DNA from: Lama guanicoe | Lineage: Eukaryota | Assembly: GCA_013239625.1 (NCBI GenBank) | Contig: MU054001.1 | Span: forward strand, 1,181,884 to 1,245,883 | Reading direction: 5' to 3' | DNA length: 64,000 bases | Shown: positions 1 through 11,790 of the stretch, piece by piece | Layout: each line of letters opens with the position of its first letter | Numbering within the stretch: the stretch's first letter is position 1 | Made by a program: the position numbers and the translations under genes | Notes under the pieces: generated by a model | What the model was told of the DNA's origin: nothing | Databases searched by the model: none | What the model saw: only the letters and a program-made list of their open reading frames with translations

Positions 1-194
1 AACTGAAAAAAAAAGGCATTTTAGAATTCACACAGTACAGCCCATAAAAGTCAATGAGGTAAAGATGAGCATCCATTAACTGTTATATTGGTTATAGTAT
101 AATATGTGAAATATATCTCCATAAAGCTATTATTTTAAAATGTTATTTTGGACTTAATGTTGAAAATCCTAATAGTCAATTCTGTAATAATCAA

Positions 195-430
195 TTGGTC
201 AGGAAAGGTCTCACTTTAAAGGTGACAGGTGAGGAAGGACCTAAAGAAGGTGAGGGAGCTGTGTGGGTATTTGGAAGAAGAGGGTTCTGAGAGCACAAAG
301 AGCAAGTGCAAAGGCCCTGGGGTGAGTGAGTACTTGGTACAGAGAATCCAGAGTGAATGATGCAAAGAGAGCTACGCAGGGGTGCGAGTTGGGGTGAAAA
401 GGGTCACAGGAAATTAGAGCAATGAGGTGA
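195..430 (-). mobile_element. L2 LINE fragment
   Basis: ggtcaggaaaggtctc...aaggtgaca...aagtgcaaaggccctggggtgagtgag, typical antisense L2 3' region. Confidence 0.65.
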
Positions 431-879
431 CAGCAAAAATAAATTTTCCTCCAGTTCTCTATGAAGTTGAACAAAAAATTTTAGAGTATTTAAGAATAAT
501 AAGAATATATATACATTTTTTAATTTAGGAGATGGTTACTCATCACTTCCAAATCCAAACTCTACCTTGGTAGCTTCTAGAATAGTTTAAGAATCTGTTT
601 ACCCTAGCATCCCTGCCATCTTTGCAGATGGTCCCACTCAAAGCAGTTGCCAACTCCAGGTCGTTCAGACAGGACATGTTCATTAGACCACCTCCCCGCT
701 ATGAAGTGCTTGGACTGCTTTCAAACTGCAGATTCCTTGAGATGGTGCCTTTGTTTTGCCATCAGGGATCAGAAATTGCTCTTTTGTATAATAATGCTCA
801 TGGCAAACCTGCTGCCTTTCCTGGTTACCCCCCAGGACCAAAGAGCAAAATTTCTCCCTCAAAAAGCTAGGTTTCTCTT

Positions 880-1130
880 TTTTGAGCAATTACTCTGAGT
901 CTTGCTCCATGCTAAGAGCTTTGTGTACTTTCTTTTCTTAACCCTCAAGCAATCCTATGTCACAGGTGCTGTTAGTAGACCCACTGAACAGAAGGGAAGC
1001 AGAGGCACAGAGAGGTTAAGCAACTTGCCCATGATCACACAGCTCTGTGTGTCTGTGTTTGTGTGTGTAGGGAAGATCTGCTGGGACTGGAATCTAGCTA
1101 TGATTTATTTATTTAGCCCGGGTAGCTAAC
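880..1130 (-). mobile_element. MIR SINE
   Basis: gaggcacagagaggttaagcaacttgcccatgatcacacagct, MIR core in antisense. Confidence 0.75.
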
Positions 1131-1274
1131 CACTCCACTGTAACACATTGCTCTTATGTGGCAGTGGCTAGAAGTGGCTCTGTCTCTTGCCTTTACCAGA
1201 TCTGGTATCTTCTCTGTTTGGTGGAACCAATAACTTGGATGGAATTGAAAATGGTGCTAAGGTCAAGCTGGCAA

Positions 1275-1440
1275 ATAGGGGGTAAGTGCTCAGGCTCTGG
1301 AGCCAGGGTCCCTGGGTTCAAATCTTGCCTCTGCCAGCTACTAGCTGTGTGATCTGGGGGAAGTTATGTAGCCTCTCTGTGCCTAAATTTCCTCACCTGG
1401 AAAAATAGTGCGACAGTCATGTGAAGTCTTTAGAACTGTA
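1275..1440 (+). mobile_element. MIR SINE
   Basis: ggctctggagccag..ctgggttcaaatcttgcctctgcc..actagctgtgtgatct..ctctgtgcctaaatttcctcacctg. Confidence 0.8.
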
Positions 1441-1839
1441 TCGTAGTTATCATTTCTGTCCTCGAGTTTCAAAGGACACGTAGGAGCACAGTCTAGGTCA
1501 GTGTATCCCAAATATGTTTGGTTAAAAGGTCATTTCAGATGACTAGAGGTGCCCATGACCTTGTCTGAAAGATTCTCATCAAATGATTGGGGAGAGGAGG
1601 TCTCCTTCCAGCAGGATGCATGAAGACATGGTAGCAGTGCCCAAGGGATGCCAGGTCCCGGGATGAGCGTCATTCTAGGGGACAGGACGGCGTGCTTTGG
1701 GTTTCCAGAGTGGAGTCACATCTTACGTGCATGAAATCATGTACAGTGACAATTACCCTTGAGGGTCCCCCAGGTTGATGGCATGTTGGAAATGGGCACA
1801 CTAGCTTTTATTGTCTCCAGCCTGGCCAATTTTTTTTAA

Positions 1840-2440
1840 AAAAACCTTTATTTGGGAGTAATTATAGATTCACGGGAAGTTGCCCCTAAAATGTACATGA
1901 AGGTCTGCTGGGCTCCTCAGCCATTTTCTTGGTATTGTAACATCTTACATATGTGTTATATATAATATAATACCAAATTGTCCTATGATATCAAAACCAC
2001 GAAGCTGACATTGCTACAGTCCATAGAGCTGATTCAGATTTCAATAGTTGTGTGTGTGAACAGTTCTACAGGATTTTATCCTACATTAGATTCAGTCATC
2101 CCACAGTCAAGCTACAGAACTGGTCCATCACCACGACTCTCCCTTGAGCTCCTTGACAGCTGCTCCCCATCCCTGACCACTGGTAACCGCTGCTCTGTCC
2201 TCCAGGTCTACATCTATTAATGCAAGAAGGTTATATAAGAAAAGGAATCATTTGTTTACATATGTTTTCAGCATAAAACCATTTGTGATTGGAGGGTTTT
2301 GTGTTTGGCATAATTCCCTGGAGATCCATCCAAGCTGTTGTATGTGTCAATAGTTTATTCCTTTTTTATTGCTTAGAAATATTCCATGGTATGGATGCCA
2401 TGGATGCCATTTAACTATTTACCTTTTGACATTTGTTCAC
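1840..2440 (-). mobile_element. Old L1 (L1MB-like) 3' end fragment
   Basis: attatagattcacgggaagttgc...gagatccatccaagctgttgtatgtgtcaatagtttattcctttttattgct...tattccatggtatggatg. Confidence 0.75.
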
Positions 2441-2936
2441 AGTTTAAAGCAGGGGATGCTGTTGGGAGACTTTCGCTCCAGCAAACAGCCAGCCACAGAT
2501 ATTCGGAGTACTTATCATTAAAAGTTAGCTGGATTGATAGTAATACACATTAAATGATTTGGGGGCTATGAAGTGTTATTCTGAGTTTTATGGAATATAA
2601 TAAAATGGAAGTAAAGCTTGGATCCTGTGATCTCCGCCTTCTGTTTTTTTTCTTAGTCCAATATGGAAACCGAATTTGACAAGAAAAATGGAATTTATCA
2701 ACACTCTGGTGACAAACAAATGAAAATACAGTGACTTGCAAGTGACTCAGGGATTCATGTGGTAAGAGAGGCAGCGCGACAGTAAAGACCCAAGGCGCTC
2801 CTGGAGGGTTGGGATGGCAAGGGCAAAATGCAGAAGCTTTATGGAGGCAAGAAAAACCAGACGGCACACTGCTGGACGGAGGAGAAACCAAAGGACAGCC
2901 AGGCTCACCTTGCAACTTTGTTATAATTAGAACGTC

Positions 2937-3202
2937 TGTCACAGAGAGAAAACAAACTTATGGTTACCAGGGGGGAAGGGGGTGAGGAGGGATAAATTGG
3001 GAGTTTGAGATTTGTAGATACAAACTACTGCACATAAAATAAACAACAAGGCCCTACTGTAGAGCACAGGGAACTATATTCAATACTTGGTAATGCCTTA
3101 TAATGAAAAAGAATATATATATGTACAAATGAATCACTATGCTGGACCCCAGAAAGTATCACAACGTTGTAAGTCGACCATACTTCAATTTAAAGAAAAA
3201 AA
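2937..3202 (+). mobile_element. Artiodactyl-type L1 3' UTR with A-rich tail (5'-truncated)
   Basis: gaaaacaaacttatggttaccagggg...gggataaattgggagtttgagatt...ctactgtagagcacagggaactatattcaatac...gaatcactatgctg...ccatacttcaatttaaagaaaaaaa. Confidence 0.85.
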
Positions 3203-3900
3203 CAGTTGTAACGCCTGAATTTAATGAGCGATTAGGAATTCTTGAATAGAAACTCTAAGAGCCAGAGCCTTCAGGGTGATAAGCCAACCACAGAATAAGC
3301 AGCAGCTGTATTTTACTGGCCCTTTTTAATGACACGTTAAGTCAGCCCTGTAAGTTACGAAGCACAGACACCACCCTCCCAACCCACCACCCATCTCTGA
3401 AAAAAAAAAATCACAGACCAGATCACCACCTCTCCTAATGAGGTATTAGAATAATCTTAGCACTGTTCCAGGAGAGGGAGGGCTCAGGAGCGCTCAGAAG
3501 TCTTCACCCGTCTGCTCAGCAGGTCTGCAGGGAAGACTGGGGGCCGCTCACTCCCCTGCAGACCTGCCCTCTGTTGAGACGAGATGCCGGAACCTGAAAG
3601 GTAGGCAGCAGTTCCTGCCTCTCGGGACGGCTTCGCCTGGTCGCCCCACTGCTTCACTCGGGCTCCTTCAATTCAGGAAGAACTGTAGGTTTTGCTCCTG
3701 TTCTATTTTGCCCCTTAATGATGTTACCCTTGAATGCTGCTGTCTAGAGAGTGGTCCTGGCATGAGTGTTTTGGTTGTGAAACCATCACCAGATCTGTAA
3801 TCATCTTGTATGTGTGCTGAGGAATGACTGAGTACTAGACGTGGTGTGACTCTCTTAATGTGAAGGAAGGTAGGTGATGCAGCAACTCCTTGAGCTACGC

Positions 3901-4218
3901 TAGGGGTCAGCAAATCTGTTCTGCATAGGGCCAGGCGGTAAATATTTTAGTCTTTGTGTCTCTGTCACAACAACTCAACTCCGCCCTGGATGTGCAAAAG
4001 CAGTCATGGATAATATGTAAACAAACAAGTATGGCTGTGTTCCAATAAAACTTTATTTATAAAAACAGCAGGGGGTATAGTTCAGTGGTAGAGTGTGTGC
4101 TTAGCATGCACGAGGTCCTGGGTTCAATCCCCAGTACCTCCATTTAAAAAACAAACAAACAAACAAAAAACAGATGGTGGGCCAGATTTGGCTGTGGGTC
4201 ATTGTTTGCTGACTCCTG
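3901..4218 (+). mobile_element. MER58A-like hAT-Charlie MITE, interrupted by a SINE
   Basis: Termini taggggtcagcaaa / tttgctgactcctg; internal agggccaggcggtaaatattttag and ggctgtgttccaataaaactttattta. Confidence 0.85.
4071..4170 (+). mobile_element. tRNA-Ala(AGC)-derived SINE (camelid vic-1 type), short form
   Basis: 4071-4142 is nearly identical to mammalian tRNA-Ala-AGC. It has an A/(AAAC)n tail and TSD aaaaacag (4061-4068 / 4166-4173), and lies inside MER58A. Confidence 0.88.
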
Positions 4219-7200
4219 CTCTAGATATTACCATTGTTGACTTTAGCTTGACCTACTAGTGTTTGGGATGAAGAATCTTGCCCTCCGATTTTAGTACTCT
4301 GCACCATAAGTTGCAATGGCTCGTTTCGTTAGAATCACCAAAATTTTGTAGGTCTTTATGGTCCAAGAGAAAAAGAATTAATGTTGTACAAACTGACAAA
4401 ATTTCTCCCTCATGGGCTGCAATTAGAGGGGCAAGCGTTTCTCATACTTGTAAGCAATTTGGAACCATTTTCTTCAACATATTTTAGGTTTATTTTGGAG
4501 GTGGGTTCAAGAATGTCCATAATCTTCCCAAATCTCAACATATACCCCAAACTTGAAAACCAATTTCTATAATTCTTAATTTCTCTCACCCAGACTTTAA
4601 TTGCCCCATCTGTAAAATGGGTGCAACATATAAAAATTTTTCTTTGGGGTTCATGTCTTTGTAAATATGGTAACTATTGCTTCTTTGCCAAAAAAACTGT
4701 CTTATTCTCAGGCTCTGTATCAAAATGAGCAAGGGGGCTGAGACCAGAGATGGTGGTTAAGAATACGACTTTGAGGACAAGAAGCTTGTGTTCCTATTAC
4801 AAAGGAATTGGTGAGTGTCTATTAGAAGAACCCATTTGGGCTAAGGCACAGAAGGGGCAACACACCAAGAGATGGTAAAATATGGCAGCCAAAGATTGGC
4901 TCTTCCCCATTCCACTCAACAAACTATGCCCCAGCAAGGATGCCCCTGACACAGCTACACTTCTGTTGCTTTGTGCTGGACACAGAGTTCTGCCGGCCCA
5001 AGGCTGTCAAATGCGCTTCAGCTTTGGCCTCCGCTGAGGCTTCATGCTTTCAGAAAAATTTCCCCCACCGCCTTTCACTTGAGGTCCTTGGCAGGGATGC
5101 CTCTCCCATTCTGCACACACAGCTCACTTAATGGGCACAAAGAAATGGGAGAAAGCTCGGGGAAAAAAATAACAACCCAACCCCGTCTAAACCTTGGGAA
5201 ATCTACCAGTGTCTGCATCTCTTTAAAAACTATACACAGACATTTCTGGCCGAAGTGAAACCATGCTTTTCACAGAGGACTGGAGACAGCAAATGAAGCC
5301 TTAGTCATACACAGTTAGTTTCAAACTTATGTTGCTGCTCACAGGGAGAAATCAATGTACAGTATATTAAAAACAATCACCGTGGCCCTTCAATGATCCA
5401 ATAGTTTAGCTTTGAATGCATTCAAGCTAATGGGGGCTTTAATGGCTTCTGACAGATCATTCCATTGATCAAGAGGCATGTATGAAATACGCTGCATACT
5501 AACCTCTGTTTTGATTTTGAGAAAAGAAAACTAAACGTCCATGGTAAACAGGGCTTGATTGTTCAACGCTCACCGAGCGCCCTCTCAGCCTGACCCTGGC
5601 TGGGAGCAGAGGAGGGGAGGACAATGGGAATCCTATATACCTGGCTTGCTTCTGGCCCGACTCTAATCAAGGCGTAATCAACTGGAAATATTTTTCTGAA
5701 GAGCTGGCGATGAGTTACGAGCAGGGGCTTTAGCTGCCCAGAGAAATTGACTCAGGCCTTTCCGGGCTCCGGGGTTGGTAGGTTAACTGTGCTCGCTCCA
5801 AAGTGAAAAACTGAATGCCCTATTTGAAAGGCTCAAAAGGGTTTTTAGCTGGGGATGGACAGCAATTTAGAAAAGAAACAAATGAACGCCTGCTCCCTGT
5901 TTCCACGTGTCCCGAGGCCCCAGAATTATTTTAGCAAGGGCTAAACATTCCTCTGCTCAGGAAAGATGTTTTTGAGGGGTGCATGGTGTCTGCAAGAACG
6001 TAAAAAGGGGCCTGATGGATAATCTTCGAGATGATTCTTGTGCAAGAGGTGTTTGCCCTTCCCCACGCCCTGGCTGCCTGCTGTGGCCTCAAAAGGGAGG
6101 CGTAAGTCACTGAGCGTCAGACCGGCCTCGCCCAATCGGAAGTGATACATGTCCGCAAACTCTTCTATTAGCTACTCATGTGAAACCGGTTTCACAAAAT
6201 AAATAATAATAATCCTCCTTCCTGGGATTTGCGAAGTCCTCCCAAATGTCATGCCCGTCAGGAGAAGTGCTGCTGTTTGTTCGGTGCTGGTGTCTTTCCT
6301 GCGAGTTTCAGCCAGCTTGCAGACCCTCTCTCTCTGTGTCTCGGAAGCTCGGACGGGCAAGCAGGGTATCTTTGAAACTGGAACTACTAAGGGTGGCTAG
6401 TCTGTGGTCTCTACCTGATTTTTAATACGAGACCGTGTAGGAGCTTCCTGCAGACAGTCACCAACCAAGCGCGTCAGGAGTGCTCTACGCACACAAGGTC
6501 TGGAACCACTGAGCTTTTTATAAACTTCCCATAGAACGACCTTGACCTTTTCATCCCCATCTGTGGGGCACAGTGCTGTCCCGAGCCAGCACTCCCCATC
6601 TCTCAGCAGGACGCTACAGCACTTTACCAGATTAAAAACAACGGGGAAACCTGCGTGCTGGGAGCACCTATTTGTATTGGTGCCATGTTTAGTCAGTGGC
6701 TTTTGTAAAATTGATGAATTTTGTCTAAAGGCAAGTGCAGACAGGCAAACAGATCTGTATCTGCTGTTATCCATTTAGCTTGACACACATGTGCAGGGGA
6801 ACTATTTTACCTCGATTTTTTTCAGGACTGATGAAAAGAAAATGCAAGCAAAGCCACGAACTGCATCATTGGGAAAGAATCACTGAATCTAATGCTGGGA
6901 GTTAATTAATGCTTCCTTCCCCTGGAAATAGACTGACCCTGGTACTTAGACATTCAGAGTCAATAAACAATTGTTGAACACAGACCATCCATTAAAAGGC
7001 GATGGCAAAGAATTTTTAAAGCAAATCTAAAATTGCAAGGGGCGACCTAATCCTGTTGTAGTAATGGGGAGTACGAAGGAGTCATTTTTCACAGCATCGC
7101 ATTTATAAAAAGGTACATGCCATCCGCCTAGAGAAAAATGGAAGCTGTGAGGAGCAAATGGGATAGTATGAGAGGGTAACATATTGTTCTGGTACTAAGT

Positions 7201-7264
7201 AGGGACACGAAGGCAATCATTAATATGCATGATCGCGGTGACAGAACAGTCCAACGAGCTAGGC

Positions 7265-7570
7265 GTTACATAAACAAAGACGGGAGCACAGAGAGGTCAA
7301 GTGATTTGCCCGGAGTCACGGAGCTACAACTGTTATCACAGGAAACCAGGATAATAATCATTAGAGCTGGTATTTCACTGCAGACGGGCACCTGCCAGGC
7401 ACGGCTGGAGGCATTTTATACGCACGTCAACCGATTTAATCTTCACAACAATCTTTGGTGGTCGGTACACTCCTATTATTCCCATTTTGCAGACAAGAAA
7501 ACAAAGGTTTAAAAGGGAGGGTGGCCTGAGGGTCACACACAGGACCAGGAAGCCAGAAGCCTCTCCTGCC
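7265..7570 (-). mobile_element. MIR fragments (two adjacent)
   Basis: cacagagaggtcaagtgatttgccc and tttaatcttcacaacaa...attattcccattttgcagacaagaaaac. Confidence 0.7.
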
Positions 7571-9129
7571 ACTCAGGAATCCAAACACTCTGAAAATCTG
7601 ATCAATGGGGAAAGGACAGAGAGAGCAGGGGTGTCAAGGGGACTGGCTTTAAGTTGTGGGAGGAGGTTTGGGCATGATGCCTGGACGATGGTTCTGCCTC
7701 GACGGGGTCCTGAGAGAATAGGAAGGGGGACTGTCTGGTGAGAACAGGAGCTGAAGCGATGGAGGATGGTGGGGCAGCCCTGTTGCAGAGACAGGCTGGG
7801 GTGAAGTCTGGTCCTTTCAGGCTGCAGCACCGGGTCTGGGGGCGCTCACACTTTCTCCTTGTTATTAAGAGAGAAATGAGAAACAGACTCTTTGGACACT
7901 TAAGTTCCCACGCAGCCTGGGAATCTACTGGGGTTTCTCGGGTAAGCGAGAGAGCCAGGTGTATCCCTTTCCCTGACAACCCCTGAAACTGGCCCCTCGG
8001 ATGCAGTGACAGCCACCGGCACCATGGCCATCCTGTCGGAAGACATCCCTGGCCACCTCTCCGGCCTCTCCCCTTCCCCGCCCAAGCCTCTTAAAGCTCC
8101 CAGCTCGCTCTGCAGTCCGCAATCATTCCAGCACTCCTGGGCCTTCCCTTCCCCTTTATGGCTGTCAAATTGATTTCAACACTGCGATACCTATGGCTCC
8201 CAATGAAACTTAATTAAAAATACCATTTAATCACAAAGTAACAAAGGCAAACGGGATAAACGGCATTACCACTTCAGTGCATTTTAATCCGCGCTGCTCC
8301 TCTCCTTCTCAATCTGTTTGGATGTGAATTGCCTTTTCAAGTAAGAATCCCCCGTCTTCCACGGGCTTGCCTCTGACAGATCTCCAAAATAAACAGTATT
8401 TAGCGTGGCATGGATCCAAATGTATGCAATTTGCCCACTGGTAAAAATCAGCCTTAACTAGAGTGGGGGGGAAGAAAGTTGCATTGGAAAATACCTTCCC
8501 TCGAAACACACACAAAAACCTCCTGAGTGTGGGGTGTCCATTAAAGAGGGTTGATGGAATCTCATTCCTTCTGTCCCTCGATTAGGTTCATGATGGATTT
8601 GGAAGCTTATTACTAAAATTGTGTCGTGAGCAATGCCATGACCCCCCCCCTTCTGTCTAGCGAACTCCCCAGGGCTGCAGATGCCGGTAAGGCAGGACGG
8701 ATGGAGGCAGAGCTGTGGATGCTGCTGCAAAGGAAGCAACAGGAAGATGGGGTACTGCCTCGTGCCTGTGGAGGGGCCGGCAGGACATCTCCCCCATCTC
8801 AAGATCTGGCTGCGGGGAAATTCCCCGTCAGAAAACCCAGCCTGTGGACTGAGACCCTTTGGAATCTAGACGCAGCCAGAGCGCTCATCGAAAAGGACAA
8901 GAAATCTCCTATCCAGTTACTCCCACCCCTCCCCGCACAGAGCCCTCCGGTGTTTTGCAGGGTGCTTGACAGCACATCCAAACGCTGGTCCTGCTTCCTT
9001 CCAGCTGCATCTCCCTCACTCTCCTCATGTTTCTCTGCTTTACCCATAGTAGCCCTTTTTCTTCCTTGAACACCCCACTCTAAGCACTTTCCAGCCTTGG
9101 GGCCTCCGTACCCCCTGTTCCCTTTCCTG

Positions 9130-9340
9130 GGGAGCCCCTCCTCATCTGAGCTCCTGATCCAAGCCACCCTTCATCAGTCCCCAGCTACGCTCTGTCCCCT
9201 CACCCAGTGGGTTGCCTTCCTGGCACTTACAACAATCTGAAACCATCTGCTTATTTGCTGGTTTGTTGTGTGTCTCCCCATTAGAGAGCTAGGTACCTAC
9301 TGGTCACTACATACCCAGGAACCCAGGGGGCGGGCACATG
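9130..9340 (+). mobile_element. L2 3' end fragment
   Basis: ttccTggcacttacaacaatctga...cttatttgctggtttgttgtgtgtctccccattaga. Confidence 0.65.
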
Positions 9341-10021
9341 AGAGCCGGTGGAAGGCAGGGACCTGTCCTTGGATGCCCAGGGCTCACCACACCACTGAGT
9401 TGCAGTAGGTGGTCAAGGAAAGTTTGTGGGAGGGAGCGAGGAGGGAGGGGAAGCCAGAAGCACCTCAACACAAAGGGATCTATCTACTCAGATCACTTTT
9501 CTCAAGATTGTTGGGACCATGGGGTGGGGAAGACTCGCAAGGAGCAGTGGGGACCTGACTCAAGGTGGGTTCAAGGGCAAAGCTTCCCTGCTTCTCCACC
9601 ACACACACATGGCCTGTGTCCCCCGGAAAGTCCTTCACTAGTTCACAGGGGAGGAGCAGGCATCCCCTGGGTCCTGTAGGAACTGGGTTGGTTGTCAGCA
9701 CCCCTGGGTGCCCCCGCTTTTTATCCTCTCTTGCCCCTCTTCCTTCTACTCTCCTGAAACCTCCCCGGAGAGCGTATGCGACCCTCAAGCACCCTGAGCT
9801 CATGCTCACTGAAAGCCACCACTTCTGAGAAGACGTCACCTTACCTTTTGCGTTCACTCCAGGGAGTGGTGTCTCCCACCCTGGCTGGACCCCCACCTGG
9901 AGGACTGACTCTGAGAACTCTCTCTGCCTGGGCCCCACCCACCCAGGCCAAGGAAGCAGGTCCACCTGCTGGGGCGTCAGGAGAAAAGAGCAGGACATCT
10001 CTTGGTTTCTGATCTCATCCT

Positions 10022-10036
10022 TTTAATACTTTTATT
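10022..10036 (-). terminator. Candidate FTO polyadenylation signal (AATAAA-agt-ATTAAA)
   Basis: Plus strand tttaatacttttatt reads AATAAAAGTATTAAA on the minus strand, followed by a U/C-rich stretch (ctgctcttttctcc) about 30-45 nt downstream. Confidence 0.5.
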
Positions 10037-10180
10037 GTTCATGAATGTGTATGATGCACACGACATATTAGTACAAGCAGTCCACAAACACAGCTCGAGA
10101 GTAATACAATGATACTGGGGTAGGCACTAAACATATATTTCTACTCTAGGGGTGCAGGCAAGCAGGTCTAGAGGGTGCTG
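10025..10180. mobile_element. Degenerate hAT-Charlie-like DNA transposon end (subfamily uncertain)
   Basis: tttattgttcatgaatgtgtatgatgcacacgacatattagtacaagcagt...ggggtaggcactaaacatatatttctactctaggggtgc resembles a recalled Charlie MITE terminus. Confidence 0.45.
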
Positions 10181-10184
10181 ACAT

Positions 10185-10485
10185 GAAGGGGTAAAGCTGG
10201 TCAGGTTCACAATAAATGTTAAGAGGGAGCCATGGAGACCACGGAGGGTTCACGGCTCACCTAAGAGGGGCAGGATGCTACCTAGCTCTTTGCCGTGCGA
10301 GGATGGAGGCTAGGGCTGCAGGTGTTCTGAATTCTAAAGAGAATGCACACATTTTTATTTTTAAGAAATCTCCCAAATTTTAAATGTTGGCACCTAATGA
10401 ACTGTAAGAAGGGATGGACACCGTGGGGCTAAATAAAAACACTAGGCGAGATGGCCCCAAGGCTGCCCGGTTGGTGACACCTATT
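10185..10485 (+). mobile_element. MER102-like hAT-Charlie element
   Basis: ctaagagggggcag...gaaatctcccaaattttaaatgttggcacctaat...ggctgcccggttggtgacacct. Confidence 0.65.
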
Positions 10486-10974
10486 TGCCCCACACTCCTT
10501 ATCTACGAGATTTCCCTTCACCCCTCCCACAACCCAGCGAATCAGCGCTTCATCTTTCACTGACGAGGGGATGGAGGCTCGAGGACATCAGGGAATTCAT
10601 CTAAGGGCTATGAGATTGGAGTTTCAAGATGATAAAACCCCGGCTGCTTTGTGTACTGTGGTCTCTCTGTGGTTAATTCTGCGTGAAAGAACCCACACCT
10701 TGAACCACTGAGATTCTGATGGTGGGAGACAGCCTGGTTCCCAGTGCGCCTCTTGAGGGGCCAAAAAGCTCTCCGGACTACTGCAAACAAGTACAGAGAC
10801 GGTCACAGGCTGGGGAGAGAGGCTGACTATTTTTGTGATTTCCAGGGTCACCAAAGGGTGGGAGCCAGGCCCAAAAGGGAGAGATGTGTTAATGGCATCA
10901 CGAGACAGAGCTGGCACAAGGCTTGAGGGAGAGAGGGGAACACACCTACAGCAGGTCAGCTTACTGATATATGA

Positions 10975-11200
10975 TAATACTAATATTTACTGGATATTTC
11001 ACTACGGGTCAGAAATTGTACTAAGTCTGTAGCTTGGTCATTTCATTTCATCTTCACCTCGTGATTTGGTGCCTTTAGTATCCCCATTATACAGATGAGG
11101 AAACTGAGGCACAGTAACACACCAAAGGTCACAAGCTAGTGGGTGTTTTGATCTAGGCACTCGAAAACCAAAGCCCAAGTTTCAACCTCTGTATCATCTC
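10975..11200 (-). mobile_element. MIR SINE (in FTO 3' UTR)
   Basis: tatccccattatacagatgaggaaactgaggcacag...aaggtcacaagctagt. Confidence 0.8.
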
Positions 11201-11584
11201 TCTGCTGCCCCAACATCATCAGGATGGGGCACTAGGGTTCTTCAAGCCTCAATTCCATTAATCACTATGTGCGAATGGGGGAATTATAGAAAAATATGTA
11301 GTTTGCTGGCTACAGCCATGAAGCAATGCAAGTAGGGCGGTGACCCTTTCATTAGATCAGGGAAACTTCCTGAAGACAGGATGTCTACTTTAATTTTCAA
11401 TGCCTCTCCATTCCTGTGTGCAGAGTACAAGACTCATAACCCAGGCTTTTCCTGAGGGCTGTCTTAGAGAAGGGAAGGAGGCTACTCTTCAAGGAGGCAT
11501 TTCTCTTTTAATTTATTGAACCTTTGGGGAGAGTGGCTACACAGAATTGGAAAACAGAATCTCCCGCTCTCAAACTTTTGATAG

Positions 11585-11790
11585 AAGTATTGTCCAGGAG
11601 GACCCTCTATGGTGATGAAAATGTTTTGTGTCTATGCCGTCCAATATCGTAGTCACTAGCTACATGTGGCTATTAAGCACTTGAAATGTGGTTAGTGCAA
11701 CTGAGGAGGTGAATTGTTAATGACAGCTGAAACTGAATTGAAATTTAAGAAGCCACATCTACCTAGTGGCTACCATATTGGACACCATAG
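11585..11790. mobile_element. MER3-like hAT-Charlie MITE (in FTO 3' UTR)
   Basis: gtccaatatcgtagtcactagctacatgtggctattaagcacttgaaatgtggttagtgcaactgagga...ctagtggctaccatattggaca. Confidence 0.85.

Noticed and set aside
4071..4142. Functional tRNA-Ala gene call (also 38553-38623)
   Set aside because: A-rich tails, CpG-type decay in the T arm and no immediate T4 terminator in both copies, plus a TSD and insertion inside a MITE for the 4071 copy, indicate SINE copies.
9480..9998. 172-aa minus-strand ORF downstream of FTO
   Set aside because: No homology recognised and no exon structure; several overlapping ORFs in other frames point to stop-poor GC-rich sequence.
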